This document shows positions 8,158 through 16,602 of a stretch of DNA of 64,000 nucleotides, one piece after another. The first letter of the stretch is position 1, and each line of letters starts with the position of its first letter. Source of the stretch: a bacterium (GTDB lineage: Bacteria > Zhuqueibacterota > Zhuqueibacteria > Residuimicrobiales > Krinioviventaceae). The translations under genes and the position numbers were made by a program. The stretch lies in contig OY843751.1 in assembly GCA_963693055.1 (NCBI GenBank), forward strand, positions 3,744,001-3,808,000, in the 5' to 3' direction. The notes beneath the pieces are model-generated. The model was given only the letters and a program-made list of their open reading frames with translations. It was not told where the DNA came from and searched no databases.

Positions 8158-9437
8158 TGATATAACGGAAGCAAAATAGTGATGGTTGTACCGGCATCGG
8201 GGGCGCTGGTGACCTGAATTTTGCCCTCGTGCTTTTGAATAACGTTATACGCAATGGACAATTCCGTACGCAATTGAATGCGGGAATCTTTTGTCCAAAA
8301 TCCCAGATCAAACATGGTATTTAACTGTTCTTCAGACAAAGGTTTACCTGTATCTGAAATAGAAATCTCTGCAAATTCCGCTTTTTCTTTTTTATCCAGT
8401 TTTACAAATTTTGTGGTAATGGTTAACGTGCCTTTGCTTTCCATATTTTGAACCGCAAAAAGGATCAGGCTCATAAATACCTGATTCATTTGATTGACAT
8501 AACATGGGACATTGGGCAGCTCGGAATATTTTTTAACAATGCTGATCTTTTCATCCAGTTCCTGCCGAATCAATGCCAGTGTATTATCTATACAATCATG
8601 AACATCTACAGCCTGCATATCGGCCTCATCCAAACGCGTAAAACTCTTTAAACTTTTAACCAGTCGCGAAATTCGATCACTGGCCTGAACGATAATTTGA
8701 TTATTGCTTTTTAAAATGTTTAGCGTTTTGTTGTACTGTTCACCATCTTTCAAATCCGGGCAGTCACTGTCGCCAACCAGTTTTTCTATTATTTTCAGAC
8801 ATCGATCAGATATATCTGCTGAGCTTTTTACAACGCCAATAGGATTATTAACTTCGTGGGCAATTCCCGCAACCAGGTTACCCACAGCAGCCATTTTTTC
8901 CGCATGCACAAGCTGAAGCTGTGTAGTTTTTAATTCTTCAAGAGTATTAGAAAGTTCCTGTGTACGTTCAGTCACCTTTTGTTCAAGAGTTTGGTTCATT
9001 TCCAGTAAACGCTGATGCTGTTCTTCCAGTTGCTTTTCCTGATAAAAGCTCTTGATGGCTTCCTGAATCGTTAAAATCAGGTCTTCCGGTTCCCAGGGTT
9101 TGGGGATGTATCGATACAGTTTGGCTTCGTTTACGGCTTTACCAATAGCATCAAGATTGGCCTGCCCCGTCAGCATGATCTTTAGAGTTCCAGGTGAAAT
9201 CTCGTGGATACGTTTCAAGAGTTCATCACCCTTCATGTCGGGCATTATATAATCTGCAATAACAACAGGAACATCACACTGGTCACTCATTAATTCTTCC
9301 AGTATCTCGAGAGCTTCCAGACTGCCTTCAGCAGTTTCAATTATATATTCTTCACCAAATGTACTTTTCAGTTCAGCTTTAAGACTGCTAAGCACAAACA
9401 TTTCATCATCAACACATATTATAGCAGGTTTGCTCAT
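8145..9437 (-). CDS. Hybrid receiver + histidine kinase-like protein with degenerate ATP-binding domain
   Basis: Receiver CVDDE...ADYIMPDMKGD...LTGQ...KPW; H-box AHEVNNP; N, G1 and G2 boxes altered. Confidence 0.85.
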   Translation of the reverse strand: MSKPAIICVDDEMFVLSSLKAELKSTFGEEYIIETAEGSLEALEILEELMSDQCDVPVVIADYIMPDMKGDELLKRIHEISPGTLKIMLTGQANLDAIGKAVNEAKLYRYIPKPWEPEDLILTIQEAIKSFYQEKQLEEQHQRLLEMNQTLEQKVTERTQELSNTLEELKTTQLQLVHAEKMAAVGNLVAGIAHEVNNPIGVVKSSADISDRCLKIIEKLVGDSDCPDLKDGEQYNKTLNILKSNNQIIVQASDRISRLVKSLKSFTRLDEADMQAVDVHDCIDNTLALIRQELDEKISIVKKYSELPNVPCYVNQMNQVFMSLILFAVQNMESKGTLTITTKFVKLDKKEKAEFAEISISDTGKPLSEEQLNTMFDLGFWTKDSRIQLRTELSIAYNVIQKHEGKIQVTSAPDAGTTITILLPLYHQIT

Positions 9438-9829
9438 AACCTTGCCAATCCTGTATTGATAGTATCAACCAGCTCTTCCTCGGTCCAGGGTTTATGCAGA
9501 CATCTGTGCAAATTCGCATTCTCAACGGCCCGTTTGATAGCCGTATCATCTGCCTGGCCAGTCAGCATAATTTTAACAATTTTGGGGAATTTTTGATGAA
9601 CTTTGATCAAAAATTCATCGCCTTTAATTCCAGGCATTAACCAGTCAGAAACAATAATAATAATATCCAGACCATCCTCTTCAAGTTCTTCAATTAGCTC
9701 CATGGCATCATTTGCGTTTTCTGCAACTTCATAGGTAAACCGGTCACCAAATCTATCTTTTAATTGAATTTTCAAACTATCCAGAATCATTTTTTCATCA
9801 TCTACGCACAGAATAACCTGCCGACTCAT
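9434..9829 (-). CDS. Single-domain response regulator
   Basis: LCVDDE, SDWLMPGIKGD, MLTGQ, KPW. Confidence 0.9.
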   Translation of the reverse strand: MSRQVILCVDDEKMILDSLKIQLKDRFGDRFTYEVAENANDAMELIEELEEDGLDIIIIVSDWLMPGIKGDEFLIKVHQKFPKIVKIMLTGQADDTAIKRAVENANLHRCLHKPWTEEELVDTINTGLARL

Positions 9830-11607
9830 GCTTTCTCCTCCGCTATAGGTGGTGTATCCATCGGTAATATCACACTAAAAGTTGTTCTTCCTGGCTCACT
9901 CTCTACATTTATACTACCGCTATGTTTTTCTACAATACGTCTCACAATATCCAGGCCCAGACCGCTTCCCTCACCTCTCGCCTTTGTGGTATAAAATGGC
10001 TGAAAAATCTTTTCCTGAATTTCAGGTGGAATACCAGAGCCACTGTCTGTAATTTTCACTATTACATTTTTATCAACCTGGTCAACATCAACCTGCAAGG
10101 TGCCCTTGTTTTCCATCGCTTGCAATGCATTGTGGATAATATTTGTCCATACCTGATTCAATTCATCCGGGTAGCATAAAATGGGTGGTATCTCTTTGAT
10201 ATTTCGAACCACCTCTACACCATGTTTTAACTGGTTATAATATAAAGTAAGTACCGTTTCAATTCCATCTGCAATACTTGCAGAAACTTTTTGCCCTGAT
10301 TGATCATAACGGGCATAACTTTTTAAAGCAAATACTACTTTGGAAGCCCTGTCTGTTGCGGTACGGATATTATCTGCACTGCGCTGTAAACCAGACAATT
10401 TATACGCCATTTGCAAAATCATCATATTGTCTTTGTGATTTAACAGGGATGCAAACTGGCTGAGCGAATCATAGATCCCCATATCCACCAGGGTATCAGC
10501 AATACTATCTGCCTGATCAATTTGCAATTCCTGCAATTCTATAGTTAAATTTTTACGATGTTGACGTTCCTCTTTAGCAGAAATGCTAAAAGAGCGTGAC
10601 AAAGATTTTTCCATCAATTTAAAAAATGCTTCCCGCTGTTCGGCATTCAAAATCTCAAAAAATCCGGGTAACTGATCAAGCGTTTGTTCCAAAGCACGCG
10701 AAATATATCCAACCGAAGAACGGATCGCTCCCAGCGGAGTGTTGACTTCATGAGCAACACCGGCAATCAACTGCCCCAATGCTGCCATTTTTTCGGATTC
10801 TATCAACTGATTTTGGGTAGCCTTTAACTCGTCCAGAGTCTGGCTGAGTTGATTGGTTTTCTCCTGTAATGCCGTAACTGCCTGGTCACGTTCCTGTTCA
10901 CGCTCCTGTATGGCTTCAAGCATATTATTAAATCCGTCATACAGAACACCAATTTCGTCATTACCCGGCTTCTTGACACGTATGGAATAATCAGCATTTT
11001 CTGAAATTCTGTTGGTAACCTTGGCCAATTTTAATACAGGGCGTGATACAAAGCCCTGTAACCACAATGCCATAAAATGGATCAATACCATTATAGATAC
11101 CAACAATCCTGACATCATCATTAAATATTTCTTAATACGAGCCTGAAGCTGGTGGGTAGAAGCTTTTAACAGTATTGTACCCATTTTTTGGTTATAAGAT
11201 TTTATTGGCTGAAAGATATATAATAAATTCCGATCAAAATAGACAGCACTGTCTTGTACTGCGGGAATAACATCATTCGGGGAAATGGAATAAGAAGCAA
11301 ATACAGAGTCTTGATTGGTGTACACAATTCCCTGTACCAGTTCGGGCAGGGTTTCAATTTTTTCAAGAACTTCCTGAGCGCCAATGGGATATTCAAACTC
11401 GAGTGAAGTAACACAATACTCGCCCATCAACTTGGCATTCATAAGCGTATTGTTCACCAGTTCTTGTTTAAAAGATTTAATATCATTAAAAATTACAAAC
11501 GCAAAACCAAAAAAGATGGCAACAAAAGTAACAATCCAGATGATATAGATAATTTTATTACGTATTGACAAATTCTTCAAGATACTCATATCTTGTCCTT
11601 TTTGCAT
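9826..11607 (-). CDS. Membrane sensor histidine kinase (2 TM, CHASE8/YfiN-like periplasmic domain, HAMP, HisKA, HATPase)
   Basis: Two TM segments, HAMP DEIGVLYDGFNNML, AHEVNTP, NQVWTNIIHNALQA, DSGSG, GEGSGLGL. Start may be slightly downstream (MSILK). Confidence 0.9.
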   Translation of the reverse strand: MQKGQDMSILKNLSIRNKIIYIIWIVTFVAIFFGFAFVIFNDIKSFKQELVNNTLMNAKLMGEYCVTSLEFEYPIGAQEVLEKIETLPELVQGIVYTNQDSVFASYSISPNDVIPAVQDSAVYFDRNLLYIFQPIKSYNQKMGTILLKASTHQLQARIKKYLMMMSGLLVSIMVLIHFMALWLQGFVSRPVLKLAKVTNRISENADYSIRVKKPGNDEIGVLYDGFNNMLEAIQEREQERDQAVTALQEKTNQLSQTLDELKATQNQLIESEKMAALGQLIAGVAHEVNTPLGAIRSSVGYISRALEQTLDQLPGFFEILNAEQREAFFKLMEKSLSRSFSISAKEERQHRKNLTIELQELQIDQADSIADTLVDMGIYDSLSQFASLLNHKDNMMILQMAYKLSGLQRSADNIRTATDRASKVVFALKSYARYDQSGQKVSASIADGIETVLTLYYNQLKHGVEVVRNIKEIPPILCYPDELNQVWTNIIHNALQAMENKGTLQVDVDQVDKNVIVKITDSGSGIPPEIQEKIFQPFYTTKARGEGSGLGLDIVRRIVEKHSGSINVESEPGRTTFSVILPMDTPPIAEEKA

Positions 11608-11623
11608 TAACTATAGCATTCCA

Positions 11624-13912
11624 TCAAGGCAAAATTTCAAAGCCAACCAGGTAGGTATCATAGATATAATCCGCAAAACCATATTCACGGTGTTTTCCAA
11701 ATATATTTTTTGCACTGACAAAAGCGGAAACATTTTCCCATAATTTATATGAACATTTTGCATTCAAGCTCAGATATGGATCAAGATGAAGAGGATAATC
11801 TTCTTCCACACTCATACCGGTAAAAGTCTGAGAACCGGAATAATATCCATTTATATTTATATTAAACCTTGAAGGTGAATTATAATTCAGAGAAAAACCA
11901 CCATAGAAATATGGCGTAGAATCGGGTTTATCTCGGGTATCTGATTCAACAATGCTATCCAATTGGGCTTCGGTATAATATTGGTAACCAAGAATTGCTT
12001 CCACTTGTTCAATGTTCCTTCTCAGATTACTTTTAATCTCGTCCTTGTCCCAAATCGTATTGGTTTCCTGCAGAATCCCAAAGAACTTGAATTTCCAATT
12101 TTCAATGGGTGTATAGGTAACAGAGAATTCTAATCCAAATTGCATAGCGTTTTGATAGTCAACATTATCATAAGTTAAATTCTCTGCAATCACCGGCAAT
12201 TGAAAGCCATCGTCAACGGTCATGGTATCAAGGCTAAAATCAGAAACGGGGGTTACCAAAAAATCATCCAGCAATGCACCAAACACCTGTACGTCTACAT
12301 CCAACCTGGGACTAATTTTAGAACGTAAGCCCAATTCCAGATTATGATTGGAAAGATAATCCGTATCCTGATTGGCCTGAAATTTTAACAATACCGGAAA
12401 ACCCGTAGTATAATCACCCAGCCATGTCAATACCGACACATTTTTTCCAATAAAGGAATCCAACATGAATGGGGCCCGATTTGCTTTAGAATAGACCAAT
12501 CTCAACAAATTGTTCTTATTAAGTCTATACGTAGTTGCAGCTTCATAAGTTACAGAAAGGGTTTTGTTGATGGAATAATCATCTACCCGAAAACCACCTA
12601 TCCACCGCCATTGATTCGCAAGCATATAGTCCGCCAGCAGTGAGAAACCGGTTGATTCAATAATCCTGTTGCTCACAGGTTTTTGATGGGTATCCTGGCC
12701 AAAGTCTTCATCATCAATCAACAAACCGCTATAATCGGATTTCCGATAGCTGATACCCGGACGTACATGCAGATTTTTAAAATGGTATTGATATTCAGCC
12801 AGCAAATCCAGATGGTCAAAATCATATGCATTCCAGAAAAAATTATTATCATGTTTGCCTGTCTGCAAAGAAACCTGGGTATATAAACCTTTATATTTGG
12901 CAATCAAATCACCATAGTAGCTTTTGGAATCGTAACCTGACAGCGGAGTAGCAAAATTATTATAATAGGGTTTCTGACTCAAAGCTTCCTGAAAGCCACC
13001 ACTAAAATTGACAGAAAAATCGTCTGAAAAGAAATAACTGAGATAGCTGTTCAAGCCATATTTATCAATTGCCAAATCTTTATCGAACTGAAAATTCATT
13101 CCACTTTCAGACAGTCTATAAGGTTCATTTGTAGCAGGATTAAATCCCCAGAACATGAGTGTTGACATGTCTTCAATAGGTAAATACTCGCGATCCAGCC
13201 AGGCATAATAGAGTTCATCTCTTCTATCCTGGGTTTTATAATTTCCGGAAATTCCAATAGCAATTTTTGAATTTGTATAACCTACAGACAAGTTTGAAAT
13301 TTTGGAATTATCATTCCCTACTGCTGCATTTGCAAAAGCAGATACTCCCGGCTTTTCCGCAAAATGAGTTATAATATTAATTACGCCTGCTGCAGCGTTC
13401 GGCCCATAAAGAGCAGAAGCAGGTCCGCGTACTACTTCAATACGATCAATATCACTAACACCAATAGGTAACGATTCCCAAAAAGTACCACCAGAAAAAT
13501 AATTATACACAACACGATTATCAATCATCACCAGCATGATTGTATTGGTTGGTAACGGGGTCATAAAACTTGTGGTTACATCATCAAATCCACGGATATG
13601 TACGTCAAAATTGCCCGGGGTAGACTCTCTTACAATCAAACCGGGAGCCAACCGTAACGCTTCAGGAATGCTGGTAACACCCGCTTGTAAAATCTCTTCC
13701 TGTTTTATGATTGTTACAGACAGAGGGGCTTCGAACAGATCTTCCGGCCTTTTGGAAGCAGAAACCATAACATCCACATCAAACAGTTCTTCCAAAGACA
13801 TGTCTAAATATACGTTATCAGATTGCCCCAGCACGGCATCTGTTTCAGAGAGAATGAATAAACATAAAATAATATATTGGTACCAGCGAGAACCCATACA
13901 GGTCCCTCCCAA
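11624..13912 (-). CDS. TonB-dependent receptor
   Basis: DMSLEELFDVDV..SASKR, plug IPEALRLAPG, DIDRIEVVRGPASALYGPNAAAGVINIIT, then a beta-barrel. Confidence 0.92.
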   Translation of the reverse strand: MGGTCMGSRWYQYIILCLFILSETDAVLGQSDNVYLDMSLEELFDVDVMVSASKRPEDLFEAPLSVTIIKQEEILQAGVTSIPEALRLAPGLIVRESTPGNFDVHIRGFDDVTTSFMTPLPTNTIMLVMIDNRVVYNYFSGGTFWESLPIGVSDIDRIEVVRGPASALYGPNAAAGVINIITHFAEKPGVSAFANAAVGNDNSKISNLSVGYTNSKIAIGISGNYKTQDRRDELYYAWLDREYLPIEDMSTLMFWGFNPATNEPYRLSESGMNFQFDKDLAIDKYGLNSYLSYFFSDDFSVNFSGGFQEALSQKPYYNNFATPLSGYDSKSYYGDLIAKYKGLYTQVSLQTGKHDNNFFWNAYDFDHLDLLAEYQYHFKNLHVRPGISYRKSDYSGLLIDDEDFGQDTHQKPVSNRIIESTGFSLLADYMLANQWRWIGGFRVDDYSINKTLSVTYEAATTYRLNKNNLLRLVYSKANRAPFMLDSFIGKNVSVLTWLGDYTTGFPVLLKFQANQDTDYLSNHNLELGLRSKISPRLDVDVQVFGALLDDFLVTPVSDFSLDTMTVDDGFQLPVIAENLTYDNVDYQNAMQFGLEFSVTYTPIENWKFKFFGILQETNTIWDKDEIKSNLRRNIEQVEAILGYQYYTEAQLDSIVESDTRDKPDSTPYFYGGFSLNYNSPSRFNININGYYSGSQTFTGMSVEEDYPLHLDPYLSLNAKCSYKLWENVSAFVSAKNIFGKHREYGFADYIYDTYLVGFEILP

Positions 13913-13914
13913 AC

Positions 13915-14448
13915 TTAGTATACTTTGACCACTTTGAGTAAATTGGCTGACAAGGTATGTCCTTCTTGCTTTAGCGAATCCAGATTCACAAACAATCTGG
14001 GCTTATCATTCAACAAACCCAACGCTACTGACGCGTGTCCCTCTTCTGCATACCTTGTTATACCCGTTATTGATAATTTTTTATATTTTTTACAAATAGC
14101 AGATACCCTGTTTGTACCCGGCATCATGTAAACAATATCATAATCCTTAATATGCTGCTCAATTTCACCTTGCTGAACAGCTTTTACATTAACACCCGCG
14201 TCTTTGAATGCCTGGCTCATTTCATCTTTGATTGAACGCGTACGACTGTTGTAAATAATCAACAACGAAATTTCGCCGTCATCTTTTAGCTCGGTATCGT
14301 ACTTGAATACCTTGACAAAGGTAGCCACCTGCAATAAAACCGGTGTTTCCATATTTTGAGCAGAAACCGGTTTTGCAATGCAAAAGATCAAAACTAGTAA
14401 TAAAATTTTGAAAAACTTTTTCAACAAATTGAGCATTAAAGCGTCCAT
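13915..14448 (-). CDS. YfiR/HmsC (DUF4154)-like periplasmic protein
   Basis: Signal peptide, LQVATFVKVFKYD, C-terminal PRLFVNLDSLKQEGHTLSANLLKV; position upstream of TBDR and HAMP sensor. Confidence 0.75.
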   Translation of the reverse strand: MDALMLNLLKKFFKILLLVLIFCIAKPVSAQNMETPVLLQVATFVKVFKYDTELKDDGEISLLIIYNSRTRSIKDEMSQAFKDAGVNVKAVQQGEIEQHIKDYDIVYMMPGTNRVSAICKKYKKLSITGITRYAEEGHASVALGLLNDKPRLFVNLDSLKQEGHTLSANLLKVVKVY

Positions 14449-14592
14449 TTAACATTCAGAATATGTAATATATCAATTATGATAATCAAGGGCAATAATT
14501 AAGTAAAAACAACCTTAAATATATTTAATTTTTACAGGATTAAGCTTTGTATAAACAAAAAAAATTGATATTTTTATTAACTAAATCTGATA

Positions 14593-15213
14593 ATGGAAAA
14601 AATGCAAGACGATTTTTATAAAACAATAAAAACATTTACCGAGACTGAATTTAAAGAAAAAGGTTCGCGTTTTATCAATAAAGCGTATCCGGTTCAAGAC
14701 AGAGATACTGCCGAAGAAATTATCGCTAAAATCAGCAAACAATATTATGATGCCACACACAATTGCTTTGCATACAGTTTAGGCACCGGTCCGCAATGCA
14801 TTACCCGATTTAATGATGATGGCGAACCCTCTGGAACAGCAGGTAAACCCATACTCCAGGCGATTGAAGGGCGCGAGTTGACAGATGTGCTTGTCATTGT
14901 AACCAGATATTTTGGCGGAACCAAACTGGGAACCGGTGGCTTAATAAGAGCGTATGGCGGTGGCGCAGCCCAGGTGCTTGATGAGGCCAAAACCGTTATC
15001 TGTTACATCAAAGAAAGCATTACTTTTGAATACGATTATGCCTTGTCAAATCTGGTTAATACCTGCATTCAAAAATATAAAGCAGATGTTATAAATACAG
15101 ATTTTAGTGATACGGTTCTGCAAACCATACAAATCCGTTCCAGTTTATTAAAAGCTTTTGCAGATCAAATTGTAGACCAGTCTGCCGGTAAAATTAAAAT
15201 CATTGAGGACTAA
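14593..15213 (+). CDS. yigZ: YigZ/IMPACT family protein
   Basis: KGSRFI, DATHNCFAY, DDGEPSGTAGKPIL, VTRYFGGTKLGTGGLIRAY. Confidence 0.92.
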   Translation: MEKMQDDFYKTIKTFTETEFKEKGSRFINKAYPVQDRDTAEEIIAKISKQYYDATHNCFAYSLGTGPQCITRFNDDGEPSGTAGKPILQAIEGRELTDVLVIVTRYFGGTKLGTGGLIRAYGGGAAQVLDEAKTVICYIKESITFEYDYALSNLVNTCIQKYKADVINTDFSDTVLQTIQIRSSLLKAFADQIVDQSAGKIKIIED

Positions 15214-16439
15214 TGGTAACACTGTTTGTCATTTCATTATTGCTGAGCGCCTATTTTTCAGGATCCGAAACCGCATTTGTTTCTTCAAACCGGTTACGTT
15301 TCCAGATACAGAATCACGAATCCATCAAGCGAAGGCCTGTATTGTTTCTGCTTTCAAACGCGCAGCGATTTTTAACCACTACCCTTGTGGGAAACAATAT
15401 TGTAATGGTAACCTGTTCCACACTCGCTGTTGTATTATTTACTCCCTATTTATCAGAATCGGTTATTGTGGTTTTGACAACCATCAGCTTGCTGCTATTT
15501 GGTGAAATATTACCAAAATCCATTGCACAACAGCTACCTAACCGCCTGATAAGAATTTCAGCCCCGCTGATGCTGATTTTCTATTTTGTATTCTATCCCC
15601 TGAACAAAATCGCTGAACTCATGTCCCAATGGGCCATTAACATTTTCAGAGGAAACAAAGGTACCGTCAACACGTTTTTCCGGAAACAGGATCTTTTGGT
15701 ACTTTTAAGAGAGTATTTCAGCACAAAGACCCTGAGCATGCACGACCGTCAGCTCATAGCCAAAGCCATGAAAATTGGTGATATTCGCGTTGTAGATATA
15801 ATGATTCCCCGTACCGATATTGTTGGTATTGAACACGACACCCCGGTTGAAGAGATTACCGACCTTTTTATCAAAACCGGCTACTCGCGCTTTCCGGTAT
15901 TTGGTGCAGATATGGACAATGTATTGGGTTTTCTCTATTTTCAGGATCTGCTGGGTTTGAAAAAAAATAAAAAACCAATCATTCATGAAGCTCTGGTGAT
16001 ACCGGAATCTGCCAAAGCTATTCACGCACTGAACACACTTCGTACAAAGGGAAAGAGTATTGCACTGGTAGTGGATGAACATGGCGGTACCGCAGGATTA
16101 TTGACCCTTGAAAATATTGTAGAACAGGTATTTGGAAGTATTTACGACGAGTTTGATACCAGTCAGGACCGCATTCGTGCCTTTAACGAATCCACAATTG
16201 TGGCAAGCGGCCGCACCGAAGTGGAAGACCTGATTGAAAGGCACAAACTGCCTGTACCTGAAGGCGATTATGTAACTATAGCCGGCTTTATCATCGACTA
16301 TCTGGGTTACATCCCCAAACCGGGTGAAAAAATTAAATTCCCATGGGCAACCATCACCATCCTCAACTCGGATGACACCAAAATATCAGACATCAAGATC
16401 GTCAAGCATCTCTATCAAAAGCGGATAAAAAACGAGTAA
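15213..16439 (+). CDS. CNNM (DUF21)-CBS-CorC/HlyC family membrane protein
   Basis: SAYFSGSETAF, LVGNN, FGEILPKS, MIPRTDI, YSRFPV, VVDEHGGTAG, C-terminal CorC_HlyC domain. Confidence 0.92.
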   Translation: MVTLFVISLLLSAYFSGSETAFVSSNRLRFQIQNHESIKRRPVLFLLSNAQRFLTTTLVGNNIVMVTCSTLAVVLFTPYLSESVIVVLTTISLLLFGEILPKSIAQQLPNRLIRISAPLMLIFYFVFYPLNKIAELMSQWAINIFRGNKGTVNTFFRKQDLLVLLREYFSTKTLSMHDRQLIAKAMKIGDIRVVDIMIPRTDIVGIEHDTPVEEITDLFIKTGYSRFPVFGADMDNVLGFLYFQDLLGLKKNKKPIIHEALVIPESAKAIHALNTLRTKGKSIALVVDEHGGTAGLLTLENIVEQVFGSIYDEFDTSQDRIRAFNESTIVASGRTEVEDLIERHKLPVPEGDYVTIAGFIIDYLGYIPKPGEKIKFPWATITILNSDDTKISDIKIVKHLYQKRIKNE

Positions 16440-16457
16440 ATGCTGCAAATGTGGTAA

Positions 16458-16515
16458 AGTGGTCAGTGGTCAGTGGTCAGTGGTCAGTGGTCAGTGGTCA
16501 GTGGTCAGTGGTCAG
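16458..16515. repeat. Perfect heptamer tandem repeat (AGTGGTC)8 + AG
   Basis: Counted directly; lies between convergent genes. Confidence 0.97.
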
Positions 16516-16555
16516 AAACTAACATTTCACACAATCTTTCTCAATAGTAAGATAG

Positions 16556-16588
16556 AAAAAACCGGAGTTGATCAACTCAACCCCGGTT
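16556..16588 (-). terminator. Intrinsic terminator after the FISUMP gene cluster
   Basis: Minus strand AACCGGGGTTGA-GTTGA-TCAACTCCGGTT-TTTT. Confidence 0.8.
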
Positions 16589-16602
16589 AAATTATATTCA
16601 AT

